A stretch of 64,000 nucleotides of DNA from an uncultured Chloroflexia bacterium (GCA_963752475.1 CAVVYR010000019.1:141996-205995), one strand, 5' to 3'; positions 50,221 to 59,700 are shown, counted from the stretch's first letter. Notes: generated from the sequence alone by a model not told the origin. Translations and numbers: made by a program.

Positions 50221-51824
50221 CGGGTCGCCTCCGCGCTGATGTGGGCGATGGCCGCGTCCAGCTCCGCCTCGGAGACGTCGTCGACGTCGACCACGGTCCC
50301 GATGGCCATGGGCAGGATCCAGCGCTGGCGGCCTTTGATGCGCTTCTTGTCCGTGGTCAGCGCTCGCTTCACGACCGCCGCATCGAACTCGCGCGTGAGC
50401 TCGTAGCCGAGGCCGGCGCAGGCGTCGTCGATGCGTTCGGCCAGGCCCTTCTCGGCGCCACGGCCGGCGGCGATGTGCGCGACCGCACGCAGGCCCAGTA
50501 CGACGGCCTTGCCGTGCGGCAGGCGGTAGCCGCTTTCGATCTCGAGCGCGTGGCCCAGCGTGTGGCCCAGGTTGAGCGTGCGTCGTTCGCCGCGCTCGAA
50601 GGGGTCGCGGTCGACGACGTCGAGCTTGAGCTGCACGGAACGGTCGATGATGGCGTAGCGGGCAGCCTCGTCGTTGCGCAGCGCGGCCTTCCCACGGGTC
50701 TCGACGAGCTGCCACAGCGCAGGGTCGCCGATGATTCCGGACTTGAGCGACTCGGCCATGCCGTCGAGCCGGCGCGACCGTGGCAGCGTCCGCTGGGTGG
50801 CCACGTCACCGACGATGGCGGCCGGTGGCCAGAAGGCACCGGCCGCGTTCTTGGCGCCTGAGAGGTCGACCGCGACCTTGCCGCCGATGGCCGCGTCGGT
50901 CATGCCCAGCCAGGTGGTCGTGACGGCCACGAAGTTCACGCCCCGCACGTAGAACGCCGCGGCCGCGCCGACCATGTCCGTGGTCACGCCCCCACCGACG
51001 CCGACCCAGGCGTCACCGCGCTCGGCACCCATGGCGCTGGCGGCCTCGAGCAGTTCGTCCACCGTGCGCAGTCGCTTCCGGCGTTCACCGGAGGGGATGT
51101 CGATGCGGCGCTCGTGCGGCAGGGCGGCCATGAGGTCGGGCAGTGCCGCGGCCACGCGGCGGTCGGCGACCACGACCGGTGTTCCGGTGCTGGTGGGCCT
51201 CAGGATGTCCTCGTAGATCGGCTCGTCCAGCTCCATGCCCAGGACGACCCTGGCGTTGCGCGGGCCCATGAGGTGGTCGCGGCGGACCTCCGCGTCGAGC
51301 AAGCGGCGCGCCGCCGGCCTCCCGCTCGTGGCGGCATCGACGACGGCATCGACGACGGCAGATGTCGGCCGGGCGGCATCGACGCGCACATCGGCCGCTC
51401 GGTAGAAGCGCTCGCGACGCGCTCGCTGGTCCGCCAGCCGGCCGGCGGCATCGCCGCTGAGCAGCGGGCGGGTCTCAGCCTGAACGGCCAGGCGCGAGAG
51501 CAGCACCTCGTCGGGCGCGTCGAGCCAGACCACCAGCCCGGCATTCCATAGCGCCCAGCGGTTGAGCGGGTCGATGACGGCACCACCGCCGGTGGCGATG
51601 ACGGCTCCGTCGACCTCGGCAGCGAGCGCCACGGCTGCCGCCTCGTCGGCCCGGAAGGCGGCCTCGCCCCGGGTCTCGATGATCTCCGACGGATCGGCAC
51701 CCAGGCGGTCGGTGATGTCCCCGTCGAGGTCGATGAGGGGACGACCCAGCCGTTCGGCGACGGCGGCCGCGACCGTCGACTTGCCCGAGCCTGAGAGCCC
51801 GATGAGCACGATGGACTCAGGCAT
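50217..51824 (-). CDS. aroK-aroB: Bifunctional shikimate kinase / 3-dehydroquinate synthase
   Basis: GLSGSGKST and ATGGG in the N-terminal part, then DAAIGGK, AKN and LNLGHTLGHALE. Confidence 0.92.
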   Translation of the reverse strand: MPESIVLIGLSGSGKSTVAAAVAERLGRPLIDLDGDITDRLGADPSEIIETRGEAAFRADEAAAVALAAEVDGAVIATGGGAVIDPLNRWALWNAGLVVWLDAPDEVLLSRLAVQAETRPLLSGDAAGRLADQRARRERFYRAADVRVDAARPTSAVVDAVVDAATSGRPAARRLLDAEVRRDHLMGPRNARVVLGMELDEPIYEDILRPTSTGTPVVVADRRVAAALPDLMAALPHERRIDIPSGERRKRLRTVDELLEAASAMGAERGDAWVGVGGGVTTDMVGAAAAFYVRGVNFVAVTTTWLGMTDAAIGGKVAVDLSGAKNAAGAFWPPAAIVGDVATQRTLPRSRRLDGMAESLKSGIIGDPALWQLVETRGKAALRNDEAARYAIIDRSVQLKLDVVDRDPFERGERRTLNLGHTLGHALEIESGYRLPHGKAVVLGLRAVAHIAAGRGAEKGLAERIDDACAGLGYELTREFDAAVVKRALTTDKKRIKGRQRWILPMAIGTVVDVDDVSEAELDAAIAHISAEATR

Positions 51825-52602
51825 CCGAGGTCCCTCCCAGCTCCGCGTCGAGCGCGGCGCGCATGGCCTCGACCGGCGCCTCGACCCCGAGCCAGAGTTC
51901 GAGCGAGCGCCAGGCCTGGCCCAGCAGGATGGCCGCGCCTGCCTCGGCCGGGGCGCCGATCCGGCGGGCCTCCCGGACCAGGCGCGTCGGGCTCGGCCGG
52001 TAGACGAGATCGAGCACGGCCAGGCCCGGCCGCAACAGCTCCGCGGGCACGAGCGTGTCCTCGGCGCCGGTGCCGACGGGAGTGGCGTTGACCAGGAGGT
52101 CGGCGTGGGTGATCTCGGTGGCTAGCCGGCCGATCGAGCCATCGGATCGGCGCAGGATCGTGATCTGCTCGGTGCCGACCTTGCGCAGCGCCAGCTGCAC
52201 GGCAGCGCTGACACCGCCGGCACCCAACAGCAGGGCGTGGTGGACGCCGTCGGGCCGGAGGCGCTCGATGGCCTCGACCGTGGCCGGGAAGTCGGTGTTG
52301 TGGCCGATGAGCCGCTCGCCTTCGCGCACGACGGTGTTGACCGCCTCTGCCTCGCGCGCGACGTCGCTGAGCTCATCCATCTCCGCCGCGACCGCCGCCT
52401 TGTGCGGCACGGTCACGTTGGCACCGCCGGCATCGGAGCGGCGCAGCGAGGCCACGGTGGCAGGCACCTCCTCTGCCGCCACATCCGCGAGCACGTAGCG
52501 GTGGGGCAGGTCGAGCGCACTGAACGCGGCAGCCATCATCGCCGGCGACGCCGAGTAGGCGATGCCGTGACCGAGCAGCCGGAACGTCAGCGCATCGGGC
52601 AT
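51817..52602 (-). CDS. aroE: Shikimate dehydrogenase
   Basis: SASP, GANVTVPHK, AVNT, HNTD, LGAGG and VNATPVG motifs. Confidence 0.93.
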   Translation of the reverse strand: MPDALTFRLLGHGIAYSASPAMMAAAFSALDLPHRYVLADVAAEEVPATVASLRRSDAGGANVTVPHKAAVAAEMDELSDVAREAEAVNTVVREGERLIGHNTDFPATVEAIERLRPDGVHHALLLGAGGVSAAVQLALRKVGTEQITILRRSDGSIGRLATEITHADLLVNATPVGTGAEDTLVPAELLRPGLAVLDLVYRPSPTRLVREARRIGAPAEAGAAILLGQAWRSLELWLGVEAPVEAMRAALDAELGGTSDA

Positions 52603-53879
52603 CAGGCGTCCGTGCCCTCCACGACGGTCGCCTCTTCGGCGGCGTTGTCGGGCAGGGCCTCGAGCGTGCCGGCGGCCGCGTCACCACGCGGACCCTCGGA
52701 GCGGGCGCGTCGTCGACCGACGGCAGCGAGGACGTCGCCGATGGTGTCGCCACCCATGTCGGCAAGCAGGGCGTCGGCCAGGGCGATCGCGAGCATGGCC
52801 TCGCCGACCACCGCGGCGCGCGGGATGATGGCCACGTCGCTGCGCTCGATGTGGGCGCGGCGGACCTCACCGGTGGCCAGGTCGACCGAGTCCAGCGGTT
52901 TGCGCAGGGTGGCCACGGGCTTGACCGCCACGCGCGCCACGACGGCGGCGCCGTTGGTCATGCCGCCCTCGGTGCCGCCGGCGCGGTTGGTCTTGCGTTC
53001 CCAGGCCGGGGTGCCGGGCTCCACCTCGTCATGGACCCCCGATCCGCGCTTGCCGGCGGCGCCGAAGCCGATGCCGATCTCGACGCCCTTCACGGCCTGG
53101 ATACCCATCAGTGCCTCGGCCACGGCGGCATCGATGCGGGTGTCCCACTCGGCGTTGCCGCCGATGCCGATGGGCATGCCCTCGGCCACGACCACGAACG
53201 AGCCACCGACCGAATCGCCGGCATCGATAGCCGCGTCGACCTCGGCCATCATCGCCTGCTCTGCTTCGGGGTCGGGGCAGCGTAGCGGCGTCGGCTCTTC
53301 GCGATCGGCTTCGACCCAGCCCTCGGGTACGTGTGCGACGGGCTCGTCGACGCCACCGAACGCCCGCACTGGGCCCAGCTGGTCGACGAACGACCAGATG
53401 GTCACGCCACAGGCCTCGAGCAGCTGGCGGCAGACGGCGCCGGCTGCCACGCGGGAAGCGGTGGAACGAGCGGAGGCTCGCTCGAGCACGTTGCGGATGT
53501 CGCCGGTGTCGTACTTGACCGCGCCTGCGAGGTCGGCGTGGCCGGGGCGCGCGAGCGTGATCGGCTTGGGCCGCTCGGACTCGGGCGTGGGCTCGACCGA
53601 CATGCGCTCGGTCCAGTTGTCCCAGTCGCGGTTGGGGATGGAGAAGGCGAGGGGAGAGCCGAGCGTGCGCCCGAAGCGCAGACCGGCCGTCCACTGCACA
53701 CGGTCGCGCTCGATCTGCATGCGGCGACCGGAGCCATAGCCGTGTTGTCGGCGGGCGAGCTCCTCGTCGACGCCGGCGGTGGAGATCTTCAGGTCGGCCG
53801 GCAGGCCCTCGAGGATGCCCGAGAGTCCCGGGCCGTGGGACTCGCCGGCGGTGAGGAGTCGGAGTCGTCGCAGCGTCAT
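52602..53879 (-). CDS. aroC: Chorismate synthase
   Basis: TAGESHG, RPGHAD, ERASAR, AVKGVEIG, NRAGGTEGGM and ERSD motifs. Confidence 0.96.
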   Translation of the reverse strand: MTLRRLRLLTAGESHGPGLSGILEGLPADLKISTAGVDEELARRQHGYGSGRRMQIERDRVQWTAGLRFGRTLGSPLAFSIPNRDWDNWTERMSVEPTPESERPKPITLARPGHADLAGAVKYDTGDIRNVLERASARSTASRVAAGAVCRQLLEACGVTIWSFVDQLGPVRAFGGVDEPVAHVPEGWVEADREEPTPLRCPDPEAEQAMMAEVDAAIDAGDSVGGSFVVVAEGMPIGIGGNAEWDTRIDAAVAEALMGIQAVKGVEIGIGFGAAGKRGSGVHDEVEPGTPAWERKTNRAGGTEGGMTNGAAVVARVAVKPVATLRKPLDSVDLATGEVRRAHIERSDVAIIPRAAVVGEAMLAIALADALLADMGGDTIGDVLAAVGRRRARSEGPRGDAAAGTLEALPDNAAEEATVVEGTDA

Positions 53880-55225
53880 GAGGCCAGGTGCTCCATGTCG
53901 GTCCAGAAGGTGGGATAGGAGACGGCCGCGCAGGCGGGGTCGTCGATCTCAACGGTACCCGCTACGCCGGTCAGTGCGGCGACCGCGAACGACATCGCGA
54001 TGCGGTGATCGCCGTCGGTGCGGATCGCGGCGTCCCGGGGCGCACCCTTCGACACGATCCAGCCGTCCTCGCGCTCCTCAGCCACGGCGCCGATGGCCTG
54101 CAGCCCTTCGACGACACGGGTGATGCGATCGGATTCCTTGATCCGCAGTTCGCGGGCGCCGCTGAGGGAAGATGTACCCTCGGCCGCGGCCATGGCCATG
54201 GCGATGAGCGGGAGCTCGTCGATGACGTCAGCCACGCGGTCGCCCGACAACTCGATGGCCCGCAGCGGCCGGCCACCCGAGACGATGATCGTGCCGACCG
54301 GCTCTGGGCACCACTCGGTAGGTCCGTCCGATGCGACCCTGATGTCGGCACCCATGTCTCGCAGAACGTCGATGATGCCCGTGCGCGAGGGGTTCAGGCC
54401 GACTTCCTCGATGACGATGTGCGCGTCCGGGTGCAAGGCGCCCGCGACGAGCCAGGCGGCGGCACCGGAGATGTCACCGGGCACATCGATGGTGCGGGCC
54501 CTGAAGCCGGCCGGCCCCTCGACGCTGGTGACGTAGCCCTCGCGACGGACCGGGGCGCCAAGCCAGGCGAGCATGCGCTCGGTGTGGTCGCGCGTGGGGC
54601 CCGGCGAGACGATGGTCGTCGTGCCCTGGGCGGCCAGCCCGGCCAACGTCAGCGCCCCGATGACCTGGGCGCTCGCGATCGGCAGCTCGTGCTCGGTCGC
54701 GAGCAGCTCGCGTGAGCCTTCGACGAGGATCGGTGCGTGGCCGTCCTCGGTCACGATGTGGGCGCCGACCGTGCGCAGGGGCGCAGCGACGCGCTCCATG
54801 GGTCGGCTCGTGAGCGAGGCGTCACCGCGGAGCGTGGCCTGAGCAGGGCGGCCGGAGAGTGCGCCGATGAGCAGGCGCATGGCCGTGCCGGCATTGCCGC
54901 AGTCGAGCATCTCGCCGCCCGCACCCGGCAGCACCGCCGCCTTGGCTGTGCCTCCACCGCGGATCCGGACCCGCGTGTAACCGACCGGCCCTTCGCCGAT
55001 CGACTCGACCGCGCCCAGCGTCTGGAGCACGTGCGCCATCGAGAGCACGTCCTCGCCGGGGCGGACGACCGTCACCTCGGCCTCGCCCTCGGCCATGGCG
55101 TTGAAGAGCAGGGCTCGATGCGCGACCGACTTGTCAGCCGGCAAGCGCAGCCCCCCGACGAGTGAGGCCGCGGCACTGACCGCGCCTCCGGCGTACGCGC
55201 CTTGAGCCCCTGCCTCATCGTTCAC
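53876..55225 (-). CDS. aroA: 3-phosphoshikimate 1-carboxyvinyltransferase (EPSP synthase)
   Basis: DKSVAHR, GNAGTAMR, RPM, SAQV, RDHTE, KESDRI and DHRIAM motifs. Confidence 0.96.
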   Translation of the reverse strand: MNDEAGAQGAYAGGAVSAAASLVGGLRLPADKSVAHRALLFNAMAEGEAEVTVVRPGEDVLSMAHVLQTLGAVESIGEGPVGYTRVRIRGGGTAKAAVLPGAGGEMLDCGNAGTAMRLLIGALSGRPAQATLRGDASLTSRPMERVAAPLRTVGAHIVTEDGHAPILVEGSRELLATEHELPIASAQVIGALTLAGLAAQGTTTIVSPGPTRDHTERMLAWLGAPVRREGYVTSVEGPAGFRARTIDVPGDISGAAAWLVAGALHPDAHIVIEEVGLNPSRTGIIDVLRDMGADIRVASDGPTEWCPEPVGTIIVSGGRPLRAIELSGDRVADVIDELPLIAMAMAAAEGTSSLSGARELRIKESDRITRVVEGLQAIGAVAEEREDGWIVSKGAPRDAAIRTDGDHRIAMSFAVAALTGVAGTVEIDDPACAAVSYPTFWTDMEHLAS

Positions 55226-56601
55226 CGGGCGGCTCCCCCGTCCACGGCGACGGGCTCCTCGGACGCAGCGGCACCGGCAGCCGCGGCGTCGGCGGCCGCG
55301 CCACGCCGCTGGGCCGAGCGCGAGACACGCAGGATGGCCCCGAAGACCATCTCGCGTTCCTCGGGTGTGAGCACGCCCTCCTCGCCGGCGTGGCTGGCCT
55401 TCTCGATGAGCTCTCGCTCACGGGTCACGTCGTGGCCGTGGTCACCGGCCTCACGCGTCTGCTGGACCGCCACCGAGAGCTCGGCGCGCTCCTCGATGAG
55501 CGCCGCGATACGTGAGTCGACGTCGTCGATGCGGGCGCGCAGACGCTTGCGCTCGACCGGTGCCTCGATGTGTGTCTGGGCGTGCGAGGCGGTCGGCTGG
55601 CGCAGGTACTCGTGGCGACGAAGGTCGTCCATGAGATCGCCGAACTCGGGGAACGAGAGCGACTGCTCCGAGTCCGAGCGCGCCGCGGGCGGGTCGGGAT
55701 GGACCTCGATGATGATGCCGTCGGCTCCGACCGCGGCACCGGCGACGGCCAGCGGACGGACCAGCGGACGATGACCGGTCCCGTGCGAGGGGTCCACGAT
55801 GATGGGCAGGTGCGTGCGCTCCTGGATGACCGGCACGGCCGAGAGGTCGAGCGTGTTGCGCGTGGAGGTCTCGAAGGTGCGGATGCCGCGCTCGCACAGG
55901 ACGACGTTGGGGTTGCCCGAGCTGAGGATGTATTCAGCGGCCATGAGCAGCTCGTCGACGGTGTTCGACAGACCACGCTTGAGCAGGACCGGCTTCCTCG
56001 ACTGGCCGACGGCCTTGAGCAGGACGAAGTTCTGCATGTTGCGCGCGCCGATCTGGAGCATGTCGACGTACTCGTCGAAGACCCCGACGTCCGCCGGGTC
56101 GGTGATCTCGCTGACGACGGGCAGGTCCGCCTCGGCCCCGGCCTCGGCCAGCAGCTTCAAGCCCTCGACGCCGAGGCCCTGGAAGGCGTAGGGGGACGAA
56201 CGCGGCTTGAAGGCGCCGCCACGCAGCAGGGTGGCGCCCTCGCGCTTGACCCAGTTGGCGGTGGCCACGACCTGCTCGCGTGATTCGACCGCGCAGGGTC
56301 CCGCGATGACCGCCAACGGCGCACCCGCGCCGATCTCGACCCTCCTCCCGACCCGGATGCTCGTCCTTCCGGGATGGTGCTCTACCGAGGCCAACTTGTA
56401 GGGTTTGGAGACGCGGATCATCTGTTCCACGCCGGGCATGGTCTGGAGGTGCTGGACACGCTCCACGCCGACACCGACGACGCCCATGACGATGCGCTCC
56501 TCGCCCACCATCACGTAGGTCTCGAGGCCCTCCTCGGCGACGGCCTGCTTGACGTCGTCGATCTCGTCGGGTGCTGCGCCGGTGCGCATCACGATGATCA
56601 T
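55222..56601 (-). CDS. aroF: Type I-beta DAHP synthase with an N-terminal ACT-like domain and a C-terminal chorismate mutase (AroQ-class) domain
   Basis: MIIVM N-domain, AGPCAVES, KPRSSPY, IGARNMQN, LKRG and DPSH, then LRARIDDVD...DVTRERE. Confidence 0.93.
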   Translation of the reverse strand: MIIVMRTGAAPDEIDDVKQAVAEEGLETYVMVGEERIVMGVVGVGVERVQHLQTMPGVEQMIRVSKPYKLASVEHHPGRTSIRVGRRVEIGAGAPLAVIAGPCAVESREQVVATANWVKREGATLLRGGAFKPRSSPYAFQGLGVEGLKLLAEAGAEADLPVVSEITDPADVGVFDEYVDMLQIGARNMQNFVLLKAVGQSRKPVLLKRGLSNTVDELLMAAEYILSSGNPNVVLCERGIRTFETSTRNTLDLSAVPVIQERTHLPIIVDPSHGTGHRPLVRPLAVAGAAVGADGIIIEVHPDPPAARSDSEQSLSFPEFGDLMDDLRRHEYLRQPTASHAQTHIEAPVERKRLRARIDDVDSRIAALIEERAELSVAVQQTREAGDHGHDVTRERELIEKASHAGEEGVLTPEEREMVFGAILRVSRSAQRRGAAADAAAAGAAASEEPVAVDGGAAR

Positions 56602-56671
56602 CTCGGTACCACCTTCGTCCTGCTCTTGGTGCTGCTCGTGTCGTTCGTCCTGGGAGTCCGCGCCTCGAGGC

Positions 56672-56705
56672 AAACAAAAAACGCAGGCCCCCCAGGGTCC
56701 TGCGT
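56672..56705 (-). terminator. Intrinsic terminator (attenuator) in the aro operon leader
   Basis: ACGCAGG-ACCCTGGGGGG-CCTGCGT followed by TTTTTGTTT on the minus strand, upstream of aroF. Confidence 0.85.
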
Positions 56706-56758
56706 CAGCGGGCACGAGTGCCTCTGCCGCCGGGATCTACCCGGCCGCCTCGTACCCG

Positions 56759-56788
56759 CTAGCTAAAGTACCAATACTGGTAGGTCAT
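56759..56788 (-). CDS. Aromatic leader peptide MTYQYWYFS
   Basis: ATG ACC TAC CAG TAT TGG TAC TTT AGC TAG. 5 of the 8 post-Met codons are Tyr/Trp/Phe. Lies between the promoter and the terminator. Confidence 0.85.
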   Translation of the reverse strand: MTYQYWYFS

Positions 56789-56798
56789 GCTGCGGCGG

Positions 56799-56828
56799 AC
56801 ACTAGCGGAGCGCCAGCACCCCTGTCAA
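56799..56828 (-). promoter_or_regulatory. Sigma70-type promoter of the aro operon leader
   Basis: TTGACA-N18-TAGTGT, 10 nt before the leader ATG. Confidence 0.8.
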
Positions 56829-57086
56829 TCTGCGCCGTCGTTCGTATGGCCCCCGGATGTGGGCGTCATCGGTCAGGAAGCAGGTGGCGCCGGTCTGTCG
56901 AGCGCCGGCCACGTGGCCTGCGCCACCGAGGTCGCGGCCGGGACTGCGGCCCCGCGCAGCGTCGATGGCGGTCCCGGCATCGAGCGGAATGACGCGGAGA
57001 TTGGGCACGGCGCGCAACTCATCCGCGCACGACTCCAATATGGCTACATCACCGAGGGCCGTCGGCCGTGAAAGCAGCTCGGTCAT
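56802..57086 (-). pseudogene. Truncated PIN-domain (VapC-like) remnant
   Basis: TELLSRP...PNLRVIPLD...AAR...HVAGARQTGATCFLTDD resembles a PIN C-terminal half. The N-terminal catalytic segment is missing. Confidence 0.55.
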
Positions 57087-57111
57087 GCCCCGATGACTGG
57101 ACTCGACCGGC

Positions 57112-57173
57112 CTGTGGCTCCACGCCACGCCCATCCCCCTGTGGCTCCACGCCACGCCCATCCCCGTGTGGCT
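57112..57173 (+). repeat. 27-bp tandem direct repeat x2 plus a partial third copy
   Basis: CTGTGGCTCCACGCCACGCCCATCCCC at 57112 and 57139, then GTGTGGCT. Confidence 0.9.
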
Positions 57174-57325
57174 GAGCGTGACCAGCCTGCGGCTGGAGTG
57201 CACGCTCTCAGCCTGATCGCGGGTAGGACTGACGCTCCCAGTCTGCTGGAGGGTGAGACGAAACACTTCGGCGTCGAACATGTCGAGTTCACTCACCACG
57301 AGATGGCCACGCGGGTGACGGTTAC

Positions 57326-57922
57326 CTACCGACGGTTGCGCGCACGCTCGAGGGCCAGCGCCTGGAGAGGCAGGACGGTCAGCGCGTCGGTGATCTCACC
57401 GCGCTTGATGAGGGCCATGACCTCCTCGAACGGCAGCCAGCGGAACTCGAGCTTCTCCTCCGGGTCGGGCTCGGCCTCGCCGTGGACCAGGTCGGTGGCA
57501 AGGTAGGCCACGGCCGCCTCGTCGGTGACCGAGTTCGATAGTTCCCAGCGTCCGATCTCGCGCCACGTGCGAGCGGTCAGGCCGGTCTCCTCGAGAAGCT
57601 CACGCTTGGCACCCTCGAGGGAGTCCTCCTCCAACGGTGAGCCACCCTCGGGGATCTCCCAGTGGTAGGTGTCGAAGGCGTAGCGATGCTGTCCGACGAG
57701 CGCCACGCGGTCTTGCTCATCGACGGCGACCACGCCCACCGCGGTGTTCTGGAAGTGGACCACGCCGTAGATGCCGGGCGCGCCGTCGGGGCGGGTGACG
57801 TCGTCGTGCCAGACGGTCAGCCAGGGGTTGCGATAGCCGACCGTGCGCCGGTTGCGCGTCCAGGGTCCGACGCGTGTCTCGGCCCAGCCGGCTTCCTCGG
57901 GAGAAGCACGGCGGATCCTCAA
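57326..57922 (-). CDS. NUDIX hydrolase (ADP-ribose pyrophosphatase-like)
   Basis: WEIPEGG...AKRELLEETG Nudix box. TTG start overlapping the upstream stop is inferred. Confidence 0.88.
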   Translation of the reverse strand: MRIRRASPEEAGWAETRVGPWTRNRRTVGYRNPWLTVWHDDVTRPDGAPGIYGVVHFQNTAVGVVAVDEQDRVALVGQHRYAFDTYHWEIPEGGSPLEEDSLEGAKRELLEETGLTARTWREIGRWELSNSVTDEAAVAYLATDLVHGEAEPDPEEKLEFRWLPFEEVMALIKRGEITDALTVLPLQALALERARNRR

Positions 57923-58665
57923 AACTCGGTGTGCTCGTCGGGTGCGGCCACACCCGCGGACGAGGCCGACGAGAGGACCGTGCGACCGCCGTCCACCTTC
58001 CACACCGAGCCGCTGACGTACGAGGCCTCGTCGCTCAGCAGGAAGGCGATGATGCCGGCTGCTTCCGCCGGATCACCCATGCGCCCGAGCGGGATGTCCG
58101 GCCGTTCGTCAGGCGGGAAGAGCTTCTCGTCGAAGGGCGTATCGAAGGCGCCTGGGGCGAGCACGTTCACGCGCACACCCTCCTTGGCGCCGATGAGCGC
58201 GAGCGAGCGACCGAGCCCCTCCAGCCCGGCCTTGGCTGCGGCGTAGGCCGGCGAGCGCAGTGAGCCTTCGGTGCTGCCCACGATGCTGCCCAGCAGCACG
58301 ACTGCGCCACCGGCCGTGCGCAGGGCCGGCCAGGCCAGACGGGCCGCCTGCCAGGAGGCGGTGAGATCCACGCGCAGCACCTGCTCCCAGTGGGCTTCGT
58401 CGTCCCAGGGGCCGCTCGGCGGCAGGCCCGCAGAACAGACGAGGCCCGCGAGGCGGCCATCAGGGGCAGCGACGGCCAGGGCGCGCTCGATGTCAGCGAC
58501 CTCGGCCGCGTCACCAGCCACGGCCTCTACGCCCTCGGGTGCGAGCGGGCGACGCGAGAGCGAGGTCACGGCCCAGCCGTCAGCAGCCAGCCGCTCGGCC
58601 GCGGCATAGCCGATGCCCGACGATCCGCCGGTGACGAGGCAGTGGCGCTGTTCGTGGTCGCTCAT
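57919..58665 (-). CDS. Short-chain dehydrogenase/reductase
   Basis: TGGSSGIG, YAAAK, RVNVLAPG and PLGRMG motifs. Confidence 0.9.
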   Translation of the reverse strand: MSDHEQRHCLVTGGSSGIGYAAAERLAADGWAVTSLSRRPLAPEGVEAVAGDAAEVADIERALAVAAPDGRLAGLVCSAGLPPSGPWDDEAHWEQVLRVDLTASWQAARLAWPALRTAGGAVVLLGSIVGSTEGSLRSPAYAAAKAGLEGLGRSLALIGAKEGVRVNVLAPGAFDTPFDEKLFPPDERPDIPLGRMGDPAEAAGIIAFLLSDEASYVSGSVWKVDGGRTVLSSASSAGVAAPDEHTEF

Positions 58666-58731
58666 GGCCGCATCGTACCGGAGCCGCGCATCGGCCCGGA
58701 CGCCAGTCGCCGTTGGCCCTACGATTCCGCG

Positions 58732-59580
58732 ATGGGCAACATCGCGATCGTCTCCTGCACGTCGGCCGATCTCACGCCAGAGCAAGCGAAGGAGGTCGGG
58801 GTCACCCTCGTGCCTCTCAAGGTCAGCTTCGGCGACGAGACATGGGATACCGTCACCGAGCTCTCCAACGAGGACTTCTACAGCAAGCTCACCGCGCCTG
58901 GCGCACCCTTCCCCAAGACGGCTGCGGTCAACCCCAGCCAGTTCGAGTCGGCCTTCCGAGAGGCCCTCGACGCGGGTGCCGTGGGTGTCGTCTGCGTCAC
59001 CATCAGCTCCGGGATGTCGGCGACGTACGCGGCTGCGGTGCAGGCCGCCGAGGCCTTCGAGGCTGGTGTCGTCCAGGTCGTCGACTCGCGTACCGTGACC
59101 CAGCCGCAGGGCATCATCGTTCGCCGCGCCGCGGACCTCGCAGCCACCGGCGCCGGCCAGGCGGACATCGTGGACCTGTGCCAGGACCTGGTCGGTCGCA
59201 GCCGGCTGAACTTCACACCCAACACGCTCGAGTACCTGCAGAAGGGCGGTCGCATCGGCCGCGCTTCCGCGTTGGTCGGCTCCATCCTGTCGATCAAGCC
59301 CATCCTCGGGGTCGACGAGGATGGCGTCGTCATCTCGGTCGATCGCAAGCGCACCGCGGCCAAGGCCCGCCAGCGTCTGCTGGAGATCGCCGCCGAGGCC
59401 TCGCTCGAGCAGGTGGCCGTGCTGCACACCGGCGCCGCCGACGTGGAGCGATTCGCCGACCAGGTGGCCGAGGCCACGGGAGTGCCGCGCAGCGACATCG
59501 AGATCATCCTGACCGGTCCCGTGGCGGGCGCACATGTCGGCCCGGACATGGTCGGCGTGACACGCATCCTGGCCGGCTGA
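58732..59580 (+). CDS. degV: DegV/FakB family fatty-acid-binding protein
   Basis: PKTAA, ISSGMSATY, LEYLQKGGRIG, IKPIL and GAHVGP motifs. Confidence 0.92.
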   Translation: MGNIAIVSCTSADLTPEQAKEVGVTLVPLKVSFGDETWDTVTELSNEDFYSKLTAPGAPFPKTAAVNPSQFESAFREALDAGAVGVVCVTISSGMSATYAAAVQAAEAFEAGVVQVVDSRTVTQPQGIIVRRAADLAATGAGQADIVDLCQDLVGRSRLNFTPNTLEYLQKGGRIGRASALVGSILSIKPILGVDEDGVVISVDRKRTAAKARQRLLEIAAEASLEQVAVLHTGAADVERFADQVAEATGVPRSDIEIILTGPVAGAHVGPDMVGVTRILAG

Positions 59581-59700
59581 ACTCGGCCGAATGGCCCTTC
59601 GGCATCAGCAAGCGCCGCGTTACGCTTACACGGCTTCGATCGAGCCAGCCCGCCCCAGCCTCAGGGGCCCGGCGCTCGTTGTTGGGAGGTTGAAGTCCTG

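Noticed and set aside
56602-56615. T-box-like sequence AAGGTGGTACCGAG upstream of aroF
   Set aside because: It lies downstream of the terminator and abuts the start codon, so it cannot form an antiterminator. No Stem I or specifier loop is visible, and it is better explained as the SD region.
57112-57173. 27-bp repeats as a mini CRISPR array
   Set aside because: The copies are directly adjacent with no spacers, and there are no cas genes.
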